Assembly: GCF_003334255.1 (NCBI RefSeq)
Contig: NZ_QOWU01000045.1
DNA from: Escherichia coli
GTDB lineage: Bacteria > Pseudomonadota > Gammaproteobacteria > Enterobacterales > Enterobacteriaceae
Length of the DNA: 44,959 nucleotides
Direction: 5' to 3' (one strand)
In this document: piece by piece, positions 1 to 10,057 of the stretch
How the letters are laid out: every line of letters begins with the position of its first letter
How positions within the stretch are numbered: the stretch's first letter is position 1
Position numbers and translations under genes: made by a program
Notes under the pieces: model-generated
Told to the model about the DNA's origin: nothing
The model's input: only the letters and a program-made list of their open reading frames with translations
The model's database searches: none

Positions 1-107
1 AATCGGTGGAGCTGCATGACAAAGTCATCGGGCATTATCTGAACATAAAACACTATCAATAAGTTGGAGTCATTACCCAGGACTTCTTTACTGAAAATGC
101 CACACAT
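1..107 (-). CDS. yobF: Small protein YobF, N-terminal 35 codons only; gene runs off the window start
   Basis: Reverse-strand ATG at 105-107 opens an uninterrupted frame MCGIFSKEVLGNDSNLLIVFYVQIMPDDFVMQLHR to position 1; N-terminus MCGIFSKEVL matches my memory of YobF; position upstream of yebO fits K-12 order. Not in the ORF track (too short in window). Confidence 0.55.
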   Translation of the reverse strand, partial: MCGIFSKEVLGNDSNLLIVFYVQIMPDDFVMQLHR

Positions 108-776
108 AAACAGAACTGTACCTCGTTTAACCCGAAATCTGTTATCACATACAACGTTAATTATGGCAAGCCATTTTTAAACATGTCTCGATCAGACGCA
201 CAAATCTCGATACGTCTTCCACTTTTTTTGCACACTTATGCAACGGAATACGCGCCGATATATCATTGTGCTTAACCTTGCCAGTTCAGGCAGATACTTA
301 AACTGGCGTATTTTCTAACATAGTTCAATAAGTTCAGTTGTTCCAGGCCAGTGGGAGAAGTTATTACATAGTGCGTGCAATATCACATTTTTTGCTATGC
401 AATGAATAAAAAGTTATATCACTTTTTCTCATAAAACAGTCAGTTAACGGCTATTAATTACCCTAAAGAGAAGTCAATCCCCAAAGGGATTGTAAATTTA
501 AAATAAGAAAAATTGATGAATGAGCAAAAAAATCAAGAGAGAAACGTTTCGCTAATAAATAATACCACGCTTAATCACAAATCCGATGTAAACATCCTAA
601 TAAATTAATGGGGTAAATATCTTTTTCTGATATCCCGTTACGCAAATAAATAATATGATAATTATTTGAAGTCAGACCAGAGTTTTAATTTGAAGCAGTT
701 GCACCATGACAGTGCGTATAATCAGGATGAATTGAGTAACCCTTCAACGACGGGGTTACTCAAGATTGAGGAAGGA

Positions 777-1064
777 TTATCGTTCGGCGACCAGACGAAT
801 AATATCTTCGTCTTCAACCGATTTTTGACTCTCAACGGTCTTTTTATCTGCTTTCTCTGGTTCGTTTGCTTCGCACAAACGACGTAACAGTGCATTTTGA
901 CGTTTTTGCTGATCCAGCAACGCCTCAAGCAGTTCAATCTGTTCGTTAGTCCGTGAACTGGCACGATTGATAAAAAACCACAAGATGAGCCCGATAAGAA
1001 GAACCACCACCGATACAACCAAAGACGCAATGTTCATCACGCCTGAATTTACAACTTCGTTCAT
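777..1064 (-). CDS. yebO: Small inner-membrane protein YebO (95 aa)
   Basis: Track ORF 777..1064 (-), 95 aa, with a hydrophobic TM segment; size and sequence consistent with YebO; synteny with mgrB. Confidence 0.8.
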   Translation of the reverse strand: MNEVVNSGVMNIASLVVSVVVLLIGLILWFFINRASSRTNEQIELLEALLDQQKRQNALLRRLCEANEPEKADKKTVESQKSVEDEDIIRLVAER

Positions 1065-1138
1065 TTCACCACCTCTGAGTAGAGGCGCTATTCTACCACT
1101 GCTGGAGAGGAAGAAAATCTAGTGCTGAAAAAATGATA

Positions 1139-1282
1139 TCACCACGGGATAAACTGGTTAATGGCACAAATTCCGCTGAAAAATTGTACATCCTGATCGC
1201 ACATCATGTTGAATACCTGCGCCCAAAGCAGCAAGCAAGCCAACACCACGACAACCAGAACGACCCATCGAAACTTTTTCAC
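1139..1282 (-). CDS. mgrB: MgrB, 47-aa membrane peptide that feeds back on PhoQ
   Basis: Hand translation of the reverse strand gives [47 protein letters not shown]-stop from a GTG at 1280-1282, with GGAG upstream. Matches MgrB. Below the track's 60-aa cutoff. Confidence 0.9.
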
Positions 1283-1310
1283 TCCAATCTCCGTTTCACC
1301 TACCTTATGT

Positions 1311-1339
1311 CATTAAACTAGCATGCGTTAGTTAAACAG
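1311..1339 (-). promoter_or_regulatory. Candidate PhoP-binding region upstream of mgrB
   Basis: On the mgrB strand the sequence reads CTGTTTAACTAACGCATGCTAGTTTAATG, about 30-60 bp upstream of the start; it contains TGTTTA and GTTTAA motifs resembling PhoP-box half-sites. mgrB is a known PhoP-activated gene. Exact half-site spacing not confirmed. Confidence 0.4.
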
Positions 1340-1440
1340 CGCCTAACTATGTCGATATTCGTGCTTTTTCGGAATGAGTCGCTTGCTTCAGCGCATATTG
1401 CCGCTACGATTAAGCGAACATAAAAAGAGAAGAGGTTGTA

Positions 1441-1680
1441 ATGCGATTCATCATTCGCACAGTTATGCTGATAGCACTGGTATGGATAGGATTATTACTC
1501 AGCGGATATGGCGTTTTGATTGGAAGCAAAGAGAATGCCGCAGGATTAGGTTTGCAATGTACCTATCTGACTGCCAGAGGCACCAGCACGGTACAATACT
1601 TGCACACTAAAAGTGGTTTTTTGGGGATAACAGATTGCCCGCTGTTACGCAAAAGCAATATCGTGGTCGATAATGGTTAA
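1441..1680 (+). CDS. yobH: Small membrane protein YobH (79 aa)
   Basis: Track ORF 79 aa with an N-terminal hydrophobic segment; size and position between mgrB and kdgR fit YobH. Confidence 0.8.
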   Translation: MRFIIRTVMLIALVWIGLLLSGYGVLIGSKENAAGLGLQCTYLTARGTSTVQYLHTKSGFLGITDCPLLRKSNIVVDNG

Positions 1681-1773
1681 GGGCAATAAATAACCAGATT
1701 CTCACTCCTGAGTAAAATACTCTTATAGCAAGCGCGTTTAATATAACGCCACCTTCAACTTTATTTTTCTCAT

Positions 1774-1815
1774 GCTAAATAAAGAACCTGTCTGTTTGAT
1801 ATTCCGACAGGTTCT
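1774..1815 (-). terminator. Hairpin terminator downstream of kdgR
   Basis: Inverted repeat AGAACCTGTC (1783-1792) / GACAGGTTCT (1806-1815); on the minus strand it is followed by a T-rich run (forward TAAATAAA 1776-1783), 9 bp past the kdgR stop. Confidence 0.5.
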
Positions 1816-1823
1816 TACTCTCA

Positions 1824-2615
1824 TCAGAACGGATAGTCGTGATAACCCATTTGGGCAGAAATTTTGCGCGCTGCGGTATGCAACATTGCGACATATTCCT
1901 GTAAACGCTCTTCAGAGAAACGCAACGTCGGGAAGGAGATGCTCAAACCGGCAATGACCACGCCAAAGCGATCAAATACCGGTACCGCAATGCATCGCAG
2001 CCCTTCTTCCTGCTCTTCATTATCTTCGCCATACCCCTGCTCGCGCACCTGGTCCAGAACGGGTAATAACGCTTCTGTACTGGTGATGGTCCGCTCGGTA
2101 CTGCGTTTATACTCCACGCCCTCAAGAATTTGCTTCACTTCATCGCGATCGCGCCATGCCAGCAGTACCTTACCAATCGCGGTGCTGTACAGCGGATTAC
2201 GACGCCCAATCCGTGAATACATGCGCAAATTGTACATAGAGTCAATTTTGTGAATGTAAACAATACTGTCTTCGTCCAGTGCGCCGAGGTGGATAGTTTC
2301 TTTGGTCAGGCGGGAGAGCTCACGCATCTGGATATCTGCGCTACGAATTAAATCGACGTTTTGTAACGCGCGAGCGCCCAGTTCAAACAATTTCAGGGTC
2401 AGGGAATATTTCTCCGACTCCCCTTCCTGCGCCACATAACCTAAGGTTTTCATGGTCTGTAAAAAGCGATAAACGGTGCTTTTTGACATCATGACGCGCT
2501 GCGACAGCTCGGTTATCCCTATTTCGCGCTCTTCACCCAGCGCCTGCAAAATGCCAAAAACTTTTAGCACGGAAGATACAGAATCAGGCTGTTTATCCAG
2601 ATCTGCGTTAGCCAT
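1824..2615 (-). CDS. kdgR: IclR-family transcriptional repressor KdgR (263 aa)
   Basis: Track ORF 263 aa beginning MANADLDKQPDSVSSVLKVFGILQALGEE with an N-terminal HTH and IclR-type effector domain; matches KdgR. Confidence 0.95.
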   Translation of the reverse strand: MANADLDKQPDSVSSVLKVFGILQALGEEREIGITELSQRVMMSKSTVYRFLQTMKTLGYVAQEGESEKYSLTLKLFELGARALQNVDLIRSADIQMRELSRLTKETIHLGALDEDSIVYIHKIDSMYNLRMYSRIGRRNPLYSTAIGKVLLAWRDRDEVKQILEGVEYKRSTERTITSTEALLPVLDQVREQGYGEDNEEQEEGLRCIAVPVFDRFGVVIAGLSISFPTLRFSEERLQEYVAMLHTAARKISAQMGYHDYPF

Positions 2616-2791
2616 TTATCACCTCATTGCGAGTGTTTTATAAAAATCAGAACTGTTTTTTATTATAATTTCGCACCAGGGTGGTCGCAATCCATCTTTT
2701 GCCGGTTAGTTACAATTCTGCGACATCCACCGTGAATATCAGTGCTAGAATCATACCCCTGTTGATTATTCACCAAAGATATAAAATTCCT

Positions 2792-4165
2792 ATGCCAAAA
2801 GTTCAGGCCGACGGCCTGCCATTGCCCCAGCGATACGGTGCGATATTAACCATTGTGATTGGTATTTCGATGGCCGTCCTTGACGGCGCAATCGCCAACG
2901 TCGCCCTGCCAACAATCGCCACGGACCTTCATGCCACGCCAGCCAGTTCCATCTGGGTAGTGAACGCCTATCAAATCGCCATTGTCATCTCCCTGCTCTC
3001 GTTTTCGTTTCTGGGCGATATGTTTGGCTATCGACGTATTTATAAATGCGGTCTGGTCGTTTTTCTGTTGTCTTCACTGTTCTGCGCCCTTTCTGATTCG
3101 CTGCAAATGCTCACCCTTGCGCGTGTCATACAAGGTTTCGGCGGTGCAGCGTTGATGAGCGTTAATACCGCACTTATCCGCCTGATCTATCCACAACGTT
3201 TTCTGGGTAGAGGGATGGGCATAAACTCGTTTATTGTTGCCGTCTCTTCTGCTGCCGGGCCGACAATTGCTGCAGCAATCCTCTCCATCGCATCCTGGAA
3301 ATGGTTATTTTTAATCAACGTACCGTTAGGTATTATCGCCCTGCTTCTGGCGATGCGTTTTCTGCCACCCAATGGTTCTCGCGCCAGTAAACCCCGTTTC
3401 GACCTGCCCAGCGCCGTGATGAACGCGTTAACCTTCGGCCTGCTTATCACTGCGTTGAGTGGTTTCGCTCAGGGGCAATCGCTGACGTTAATTGCTGCGG
3501 AACTGGTGGTAATGGTTGTTGTTGGTATTTTCTTTATTCGCCGCCAGCTTTCTCTTCCCGTACCGCTGCTACCGGTGGATTTACTGCGTATCCCGCTGTT
3601 TTCACTTTCTATTTGCACATCTGTTTGCTCTTTCTGCGCACAAATGCTGGCAATGGTTTCCCTGCCCTTTTACCTGCAAACCGTGCTCGGGCGTAGTGAA
3701 GTCGAAACAGGTTTACTTCTGACACCGTGGCCGTTAGCAACGATGGTGATGGCTCCGCTGGCAGGCTATTTGATTGAACGCGTACATGCAGGATTGCTGG
3801 GGGCTTTAGGGTTGTTCATCATGGCTGCGGGGCTTTTTTCCCTGGTTCTGCTGCCCGCGTCACCTGCGGATATCAATATTATCTGGCCGATGATCTTATG
3901 TGGTGCTGGATTTGGCTTATTCCAGTCACCCAATAACCACACCATTATTACCTCCGCGCCTCGCGAACGTAGCGGTGGAGCCAGTGGCATGTTAGGAACG
4001 GCTCGTCTACTGGGTCAGAGTAGCGGCGCGGCGCTGGTGGCGCTGATGCTAAATCAGTTTGGAGATAATGGTACACACGTCTCGCTGATGGCTGCGGCTA
4101 TTCTGGCAGTGATTGCTGCCTGTGTCAGTGGTTTACGTATCACTCAGCCACGATCCAGGGCATAA
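2792..4165 (+). CDS. yebQ: MFS-family efflux transporter YebQ (457 aa)
   Basis: Track ORF 2681..4165 trimmed to the ATG at 2792 (MPKVQADGLPLPQRYG), giving 457 aa; multi-TM MFS-like sequence. Confidence 0.9.
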   Translation: MPKVQADGLPLPQRYGAILTIVIGISMAVLDGAIANVALPTIATDLHATPASSIWVVNAYQIAIVISLLSFSFLGDMFGYRRIYKCGLVVFLLSSLFCALSDSLQMLTLARVIQGFGGAALMSVNTALIRLIYPQRFLGRGMGINSFIVAVSSAAGPTIAAAILSIASWKWLFLINVPLGIIALLLAMRFLPPNGSRASKPRFDLPSAVMNALTFGLLITALSGFAQGQSLTLIAAELVVMVVVGIFFIRRQLSLPVPLLPVDLLRIPLFSLSICTSVCSFCAQMLAMVSLPFYLQTVLGRSEVETGLLLTPWPLATMVMAPLAGYLIERVHAGLLGALGLFIMAAGLFSLVLLPASPADINIIWPMILCGAGFGLFQSPNNHTIITSAPRERSGGASGMLGTARLLGQSSGAALVALMLNQFGDNGTHVSLMAAAILAVIAACVSGLRITQPRSRA

Positions 4166-4196
4166 AAAAAGCGCGTCGATCAGGACGCGCTTTTTA
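4164..4196. terminator. Bidirectional rho-independent terminator between yebQ (+) and htpX (-)
   Basis: AAAAAAA-GCGCGTC-GATCAG-GACGCGC-TTTTT: perfect 7-bp GC-rich stem flanked by an A-run and a T-run, between convergent genes. Confidence 0.75.
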
Positions 4197-4210
4197 GTAT
4201 TTACTTCATA

Positions 4211-5092
4211 TTACTTCAGGTATTCACCCGTACGCAGAGCTTCAATTCGTTTATCCAGCGGCGGGTGGGTCATGAACAACTCACTGAGCGATTTCGACTT
4301 ACCGTTAATGCAGAGAGCCATCATGCTGGTTGCTTCTTGCGGTTCATAGCTGGTTTTCAGGCGCTGCAGCGCGGCAATCATTTTCTCGCGACCAACCAGT
4401 TTTGCCGAACCGGCATCAGCATGGAATTCACGATGACGCGAGAACCACATGGTGATAATGCTCGCCAGAATACCAAACACCAGTTCCAGAACCGTTGCAA
4501 CCGCAAAGTAGATCAGCGGGTTGCCGTTGCTCTCTTCACCTTCATCACGATTTCCGCCCATAAAACCCGCGGCAAGCTGCGCCAGAATACGGGAAATAAA
4601 GATAACGAAGGTGTTCACCACGCCCTGAATCAGCGTCATGGTAACCATATCACCATTGGCGATGTGGCTGATTTCGTGAGCAATTACCGCCTCGGCTTCA
4701 TCCGGGCTCATGTTCTGCAGCAAACCGGTGCTGACAGCAACCAGAGAGGCATCACGGCGCGCACCGGTTGCAAAAGCGTTGATGTCCGGCGCATGGTAGA
4801 TAGCCACTTGCGGCATAGCGATCCCCGCCTGACGAGCCTGGGTTGCTACAGTATTGACCAGCCAACGTTCCCTTTCGTTACGCGGTTGCTCGATCACTTC
4901 CCCGCCAACAGATCGTAATGCCATCCATTTGGACATCAGAAGCGAAACGAAGGAACCACCAAAACCGAACAGCAAGGCCATGATCATCAGCCCCTGAACG
5001 CTGCTCGACTGTATCCCTGTCAGGCTCAGTACCAGCCCGAAAACGACCATTACGGCCAGGTTCGTTAGCAGGAAGAGCGCGATTCGCATCAT
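4211..5092 (-). CDS. htpX: Heat-shock zinc metalloprotease HtpX (293 aa)
   Basis: Track ORF 293 aa with the HEISH zinc-binding motif ([11 protein letters not shown]) and TM segments; matches HtpX. Confidence 0.95.
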   Translation of the reverse strand: MMRIALFLLTNLAVMVVFGLVLSLTGIQSSSVQGLMIMALLFGFGGSFVSLLMSKWMALRSVGGEVIEQPRNERERWLVNTVATQARQAGIAMPQVAIYHAPDINAFATGARRDASLVAVSTGLLQNMSPDEAEAVIAHEISHIANGDMVTMTLIQGVVNTFVIFISRILAQLAAGFMGGNRDEGEESNGNPLIYFAVATVLELVFGILASIITMWFSRHREFHADAGSAKLVGREKMIAALQRLKTSYEPQEATSMMALCINGKSKSLSELFMTHPPLDKRIEALRTGEYLK

Positions 5093-5283
5093 AATTTTCT
5101 TTTTACCTCAGTTTAACAAAACGCAATATGCGATACCCACATCGTATGGGTTACGCGACTATTTTCAAGTCTGGATAGTGCGTAAGTCACCAGAAAGACA
5201 CAACTTTACATTTTGTAGCATCTGATTTACGGCATCTTGTCGCTGTTAAAAAATCAGGCACAATTTCTTGTGCCTGATTGATA

Positions 5284-7332
5284 TTACTTGACGGGAGCGG
5301 GTTGTTCCGCGGGTCTGGCTTTTTCAAGCTTCGCCAGATCGAGTGCGATATTCACCGTCTCATCCAGATAAGGATCCGGCTCCTGGTAATCTTTCGGTAG
5401 ATCATCCAGTTTCTTCAACTCCGGTTTACCTTCGCGTTTAAAGCGTTCGTTCAAACGCGCCAGACGCGTCGCATCATCTTCATTATTCTCTTTCTCACGC
5501 ACAGCGTAATTCAGAGAAACGATATTGCGCTTGTCCTTCATAGCGTTGAAGCGCGCGATATCCTTCATGATGTTCTGGAACTCAGGATCTTTCGCGATAC
5601 GCGCATTATGTTCCTTCAGCAGCTCCGGTTCAAAGGCCGTTAAATCTCCTGATTTCACATAAGTCGCGGCATCAATGCTATCCCACGGCAGCGCGTTATC
5701 TTCGAATTTCTCACCCGTTTCCGTTTCTTCATTACCCGTCGGCATGATGATGTCTGGCGTTACGCCTTTACGTTGCGTACTGCCGCCGTTAACGCGATAG
5801 AATTTCTGGATCGTGTACTGCACAGAACCCAGCGCTGGCCATTCAGGACGTAACATCTGATCGTAAATACGGTTCAATGAACGGTATTGCTGAACGGTGC
5901 CTTTACCAAACGTCGGTTCACCCACAACCAGCGCACGACCGTAATCCTGCATTGCCGCGGCAAAGATTTCTGAAGCCGAAGCACTGAAGCGGTCAACCAG
6001 CACCACCAGCGGGCCTTTATAGAAAACCTGTCCGTCGGTATCGCTATCTTCACGAACCTTGCCGTTGTTATCGCGGACCTGAACAATGGGACCCGCAGGA
6101 ATAAACAGACCGGAGAGCGATACGGCTTCAGTTAACGCCCCACCGCCATTGCTACGCAGGTCGATGATGACGCTGCTGACATTCTGTTTTTCCAGTTTCT
6201 GCAGTTGCACTTTGACATCGTCTGTCAAACCCACATAGAAGCCCGGAATATCCAGCACGCCGACTTTCTCTTTACCGACGGTCTTCACCGACATTTTAAC
6301 CGCGCGGTCTTCGAGACGAATACGTTCACGGGTCAACGTTACAGTACGGGTCTTGGTCCCTTTACCAGCAGGTAAAATTTCCAGACGAACTTTACTGCCC
6401 TTCGGCCCTTTAATTAAGGCAACCACATCATCAAGACGCCAGCCAATCACGTCAACCATCGGCTTGCCTGTTTGACCAACACCGACAATTTTGTCACCAA
6501 CGCTGATAGCTTTACTCTTCGCTGCCGGACCACCTGCCACCATCGAATTGATAACGGTGTAGTCATCATCCATTTGCAGCACTGCGCCAATACCTTCCAG
6601 CGACAAACTCATTTCAGTGTTGAACTGTTCGGTATTACGCGGGGAAAGATAGTTGGTATGCGGGTCGATTTCACGCGCAAACGCCGTCATTGCCAGCGAG
6701 AAAACATCTTCGCTGTTGGTTTGCGCCAGACGACGAATGGCAAATTTGTAGCGGCGAGTCAGGGTTTCACGAATTTCTTTATCCGTTTTTCCTGTCAGCT
6801 TCAGGCTTAACTCGTCGAATTTGACTTTACTGTCCCACAGCGCGTTCAACTCAGCCTCGTTTTTCGGCCAGGGCGCTTTGCTGCGGTCAAGGTTATAAGT
6901 GTCGTTGCCGGTGAAATCCATCGGCTTTTCCAGTACCGACAAAGCGTACTGGTAACGCTCAAAACGGCGCTTTTGCGCCAGATTGTAGAGATCGTAGAAA
7001 ACGTCGAGTTTGCCTGAACGCAGTTCATCGCCTAACTCGGTTTTCTTTTTCGCGAACTGTTCAACATCGCTTGCCAGCAGCACGTTGTGGCTGTAATCGA
7101 GCAGATTCAGGTAGCGGTCAAAGATTTTGGCCGAAAATGCCTGATCGAGGTCGAACTGGCGATAATGAGAACGGGTGAAGCGCGACGTTACGCGCTCACT
7201 TACCGTCGCATGCTGCGTCTCTTCCTTTAATACCGGAATTTGATCAGCACGCGTGATATCTTCTACAGCGAAGGTCTGGCCTGCTATTGCAAGCAGGCCA
7301 GCTAACGCGGTAAGCCTAAAAAACATGTTCAT
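5284..7332 (-). CDS. prc: Tail-specific periplasmic protease Prc/Tsp (682 aa)
   Basis: Track ORF 5284..7380 trimmed to the Met at 7332 (MNMFFRLTALAGLLAIAGQTFA signal peptide), giving 682 aa; PDZ/S41 peptidase sequence. Confidence 0.95.
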   Translation of the reverse strand: MNMFFRLTALAGLLAIAGQTFAVEDITRADQIPVLKEETQHATVSERVTSRFTRSHYRQFDLDQAFSAKIFDRYLNLLDYSHNVLLASDVEQFAKKKTELGDELRSGKLDVFYDLYNLAQKRRFERYQYALSVLEKPMDFTGNDTYNLDRSKAPWPKNEAELNALWDSKVKFDELSLKLTGKTDKEIRETLTRRYKFAIRRLAQTNSEDVFSLAMTAFAREIDPHTNYLSPRNTEQFNTEMSLSLEGIGAVLQMDDDYTVINSMVAGGPAAKSKAISVGDKIVGVGQTGKPMVDVIGWRLDDVVALIKGPKGSKVRLEILPAGKGTKTRTVTLTRERIRLEDRAVKMSVKTVGKEKVGVLDIPGFYVGLTDDVKVQLQKLEKQNVSSVIIDLRSNGGGALTEAVSLSGLFIPAGPIVQVRDNNGKVREDSDTDGQVFYKGPLVVLVDRFSASASEIFAAAMQDYGRALVVGEPTFGKGTVQQYRSLNRIYDQMLRPEWPALGSVQYTIQKFYRVNGGSTQRKGVTPDIIMPTGNEETETGEKFEDNALPWDSIDAATYVKSGDLTAFEPELLKEHNARIAKDPEFQNIMKDIARFNAMKDKRNIVSLNYAVREKENNEDDATRLARLNERFKREGKPELKKLDDLPKDYQEPDPYLDETVNIALDLAKLEKARPAEQPAPVK

Positions 7333-7351
7333 GCCTGGCCCGGCCTCCGTT

Positions 7352-8050
7352 TCAGAACACCAGGTGTTCTGCGCGCACAATCAAAGACATACCCGAATTC
7401 AGCTGGACGCGGACGCCGTCTTTGGTGATTTCTAATACGGTGGCATCCATCGCGTTTTGACCCGCTTTCACCTTCAGGGCTTGTCCGACAGTCAGAGCTG
7501 AAATGTCAGAAACCGGGGTGTGCTGTTCTTCGCGAGGTGCTTTTACTGTTTTTGGCGCTTTCTCTACCGGCTTTTGCGCACGAGGTTTACGTTCAGCGCC
7601 TTCTTTGCGGCGTGGCGTAGTCGGACGTGGCTTGCGTTCGCGGCGCGGTGCGTCTTCTTTCTCACCAGCAGTTGCGGCAGCTTCGCGTTTTTTCGCTTGC
7701 TGTTCAGCACGCTGTGCCTGAACACGCGCTTTCGCTTCTTCAAGCTGCTTGCGAGCATGCTCTACATGTTGCTCGTCCAGCTCACCGCATGGGTTGCCGT
7801 CAAGATCGACACGCGTTGCGCCGGGTTTAACACCGTAAAGATAACGCCAGCTCGAAGTGTAGAGACGTAAAGCGGATCGCAATTGCGTTTTGCTCAGGTT
7901 CATTTCCCCAGCAACACGATCGACCAAATCCTGAAAAATACCGATTTTCAGCGGACGCGCTTCACCTTCCGCACTGAAACAGTGGGGAAAACGTTCGGCC
8001 AGAAACGCGATTACTTCTTTACTGCTATTCAACTTAGGTTGATTTTCCAT
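7352..8050 (-). CDS. proQ: RNA chaperone ProQ (232 aa)
   Basis: Track ORF 232 aa; FinO-like N-domain, basic K/R/A/E-rich linker and C-terminal domain; matches ProQ; immediately upstream of prc. Confidence 0.95.
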
Positions 8051-8146
8051 GAAATTTCCTGATTACAACGGACGTAGCCAACAAGCGCAGGCATGAACAG
8101 GCGTCATTATAATGACGCTATCAGTAAATGCTACGTTATCCGTTGA

Positions 8147-8644
8147 TTATCCTGCGACGCTCGCAAAGAATTTTTTGTAATCCGTCGTTGCAAGCACTTT
8201 TTCAAGCTGTGCCACAAGCTGACGTAAGCCTTGCTCGTCCTCGTCTGTAAAGCGACCGAAGACGGTACTATCGATGTCGAGAACACCAATAATCTGATTT
8301 TTCACCACCAGCGGCAGAACAATTTCAGAATTACTCGCCGCATCACAGGCAATATGCCCGTCAAACACATGAACATCCTCGATACGCTGCACTTGATTGC
8401 GGGCAACCGCAGTGCCGCACACGCCGCGCCCGACGGGTATCCGGACACAGGCAATTTTGCCCTGAAATGGTCCGAGTACCAGTGTATCGTCCTCAAGCAA
8501 ATAAAAACCTGCCCAGTTTATGTCAGTGAGACGCTCATATAACAACGCACTGGTGTTCGCAAGCGTTGCCAGAAAACTGGTTTCTCCCGCCATCAGCGCG
8601 TTAAAGTCGCGATTTAAATCCGCGTAAAATTCTGTTTTGTTCAT
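8147..8644 (-). CDS. msrC: Free methionine-(R)-sulfoxide reductase MsrC/YebR, GAF domain (165 aa)
   Basis: Track ORF 8147..8698 trimmed to the Met at 8644 (MNKTEFYADLNRDF...), giving 165 aa. Confidence 0.85.
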   Translation of the reverse strand: MNKTEFYADLNRDFNALMAGETSFLATLANTSALLYERLTDINWAGFYLLEDDTLVLGPFQGKIACVRIPVGRGVCGTAVARNQVQRIEDVHVFDGHIACDAASNSEIVLPLVVKNQIIGVLDIDSTVFGRFTDEDEQGLRQLVAQLEKVLATTDYKKFFASVAG

Positions 8645-8773
8645 TATATAATCACTTGGTTGTCTTACCTGGATCTGCCAGCCTATTAAAATAAGCATTA
8701 AATGCGTTAATGCTCAAGATCATTCCCATCATGGGTTAAGATTAATGTTAATTCTTATTACATTTGGCACGTC

Positions 8774-10057
8774 ATGGCTCTTAACACACCACAAATTACG
8801 CCGACAAAAAAGATAACAGTGAGGGCAATCGGCGAGGAACTGCCGCGTGGTGATTACCAACGTTGCCCGCAATGTGACATGCTGTTTAGCCTGCCCGAGA
8901 TAAATTCTCATCAAAGTGCCTATTGTCCGCGCTGTCAGGCAAAAATTCGTGACGGGCGCGACTGGTCGCTAACGCGCCTGGCGGCAATGGCCTTCACCAT
9001 GCTGTTGCTTATGCCGTTTGCCTGGGGCGAACCGCTGTTGCATATCTGGCTGTTAGGCATTCGTATTGACGCCAACGTTATGCAAGGCATCTGGCAAATG
9101 ACCAAACAGGGCGATGCGATAACGGGGTCGATGGTCTTTTTCTGCGTTATTGGTGCCCCGCTCATTCTGGTGACCTCCATAGCTTATTTATGGTTTGGTA
9201 ACCGACTGGGAATGAATTTACGTCCGGTACTGCTGATGCTTGAGCGACTTAAAGAGTGGGTAATGCTCGATATCTACCTGGTCGGCATTGGCGTTGCTTC
9301 TATAAAGGTACAGGATTATGCCCATATCCAGGCTGGTGTCGGCTTGTTCTCTTTTGTGGCGTTGGTGATTTTAACGACGGTGACGTTGTCACATCTTAAT
9401 GTCGAAGAACTGTGGGAGCGATTTTATCCGCAGCGCCCCGCTACGCGTAGGGACGAGAAACTTCGTGTCTGTCTTGGGTGCCATTTTACCGGCTATCCAG
9501 ATCAGCGTGGTCGCTGCCCGCGTTGCCATATCCCGCTACGCCTGCGTCGCCGTCATAGTCTGCAAAAATGCTGGGCGGCGCTGTTAGCGTCAATCGTTTT
9601 ATTGTTACCTGCCAACCTGTTGCCTATTTCTATCATTTATCTGAACGGAGGACGGCAGGAAGATACAATTCTTTCCGGAATTATGTCGCTGGCAAGTAGC
9701 AACATTGCGGTTGCAGGAATCGTGTTTATCGCCAGTATTCTGGTACCGTTTACTAAAGTGATCGTCATGTTCACTTTACTGTTGAGCATTCATTTTAAAT
9801 GCCAGCAAGGTTTACGCACACGCATTCTGTTACTGCGGATGGTGACCTGGATTGGTCGCTGGTCGATGCTCGACCTGTTTGTCATATCTTTAACCATGTC
9901 GCTGATTAATCGCGATCAGATCCTCGCTTTTACTATGGGACCGGCTGCGTTTTATTTCGGCGCAGCGGTAATTTTGACTATTCTTGCTGTGGAATGGCTG
10001 GACAGCCGCTTACTTTGGGATGCACATGAGTCAGGAAACGCCCGCTTCGACGACTGA
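8774..10057 (+). CDS. letA: PqiA-family inner-membrane protein LetA/YebS (427 aa)
   Basis: Track ORF 427 aa; two CxxC zinc-ribbon-like motifs and multiple TM segments; matches YebS. Confidence 0.9.

Noticed and set aside
666-1030. 73-aa (+) and 102-aa (-) ORFs overlapping yebO
   Set aside because: Alternative-frame ORFs overlapping yebO (777..1064); yebO has a plausible TM segment and fits conserved synteny, while the others have no supporting features.
4265-4918. 217-aa plus-strand ORF antisense to htpX
   Set aside because: Shadow ORF inside htpX, which carries the HEISH metalloprotease motif on the other strand.
7503-7870. Cluster of short Arg/Ala-rich ORFs on both strands inside proQ
   Set aside because: They arise from the repetitive GC-rich Lys/Arg/Ala/Glu linker-coding region of proQ; frame artefacts of low-complexity sequence.
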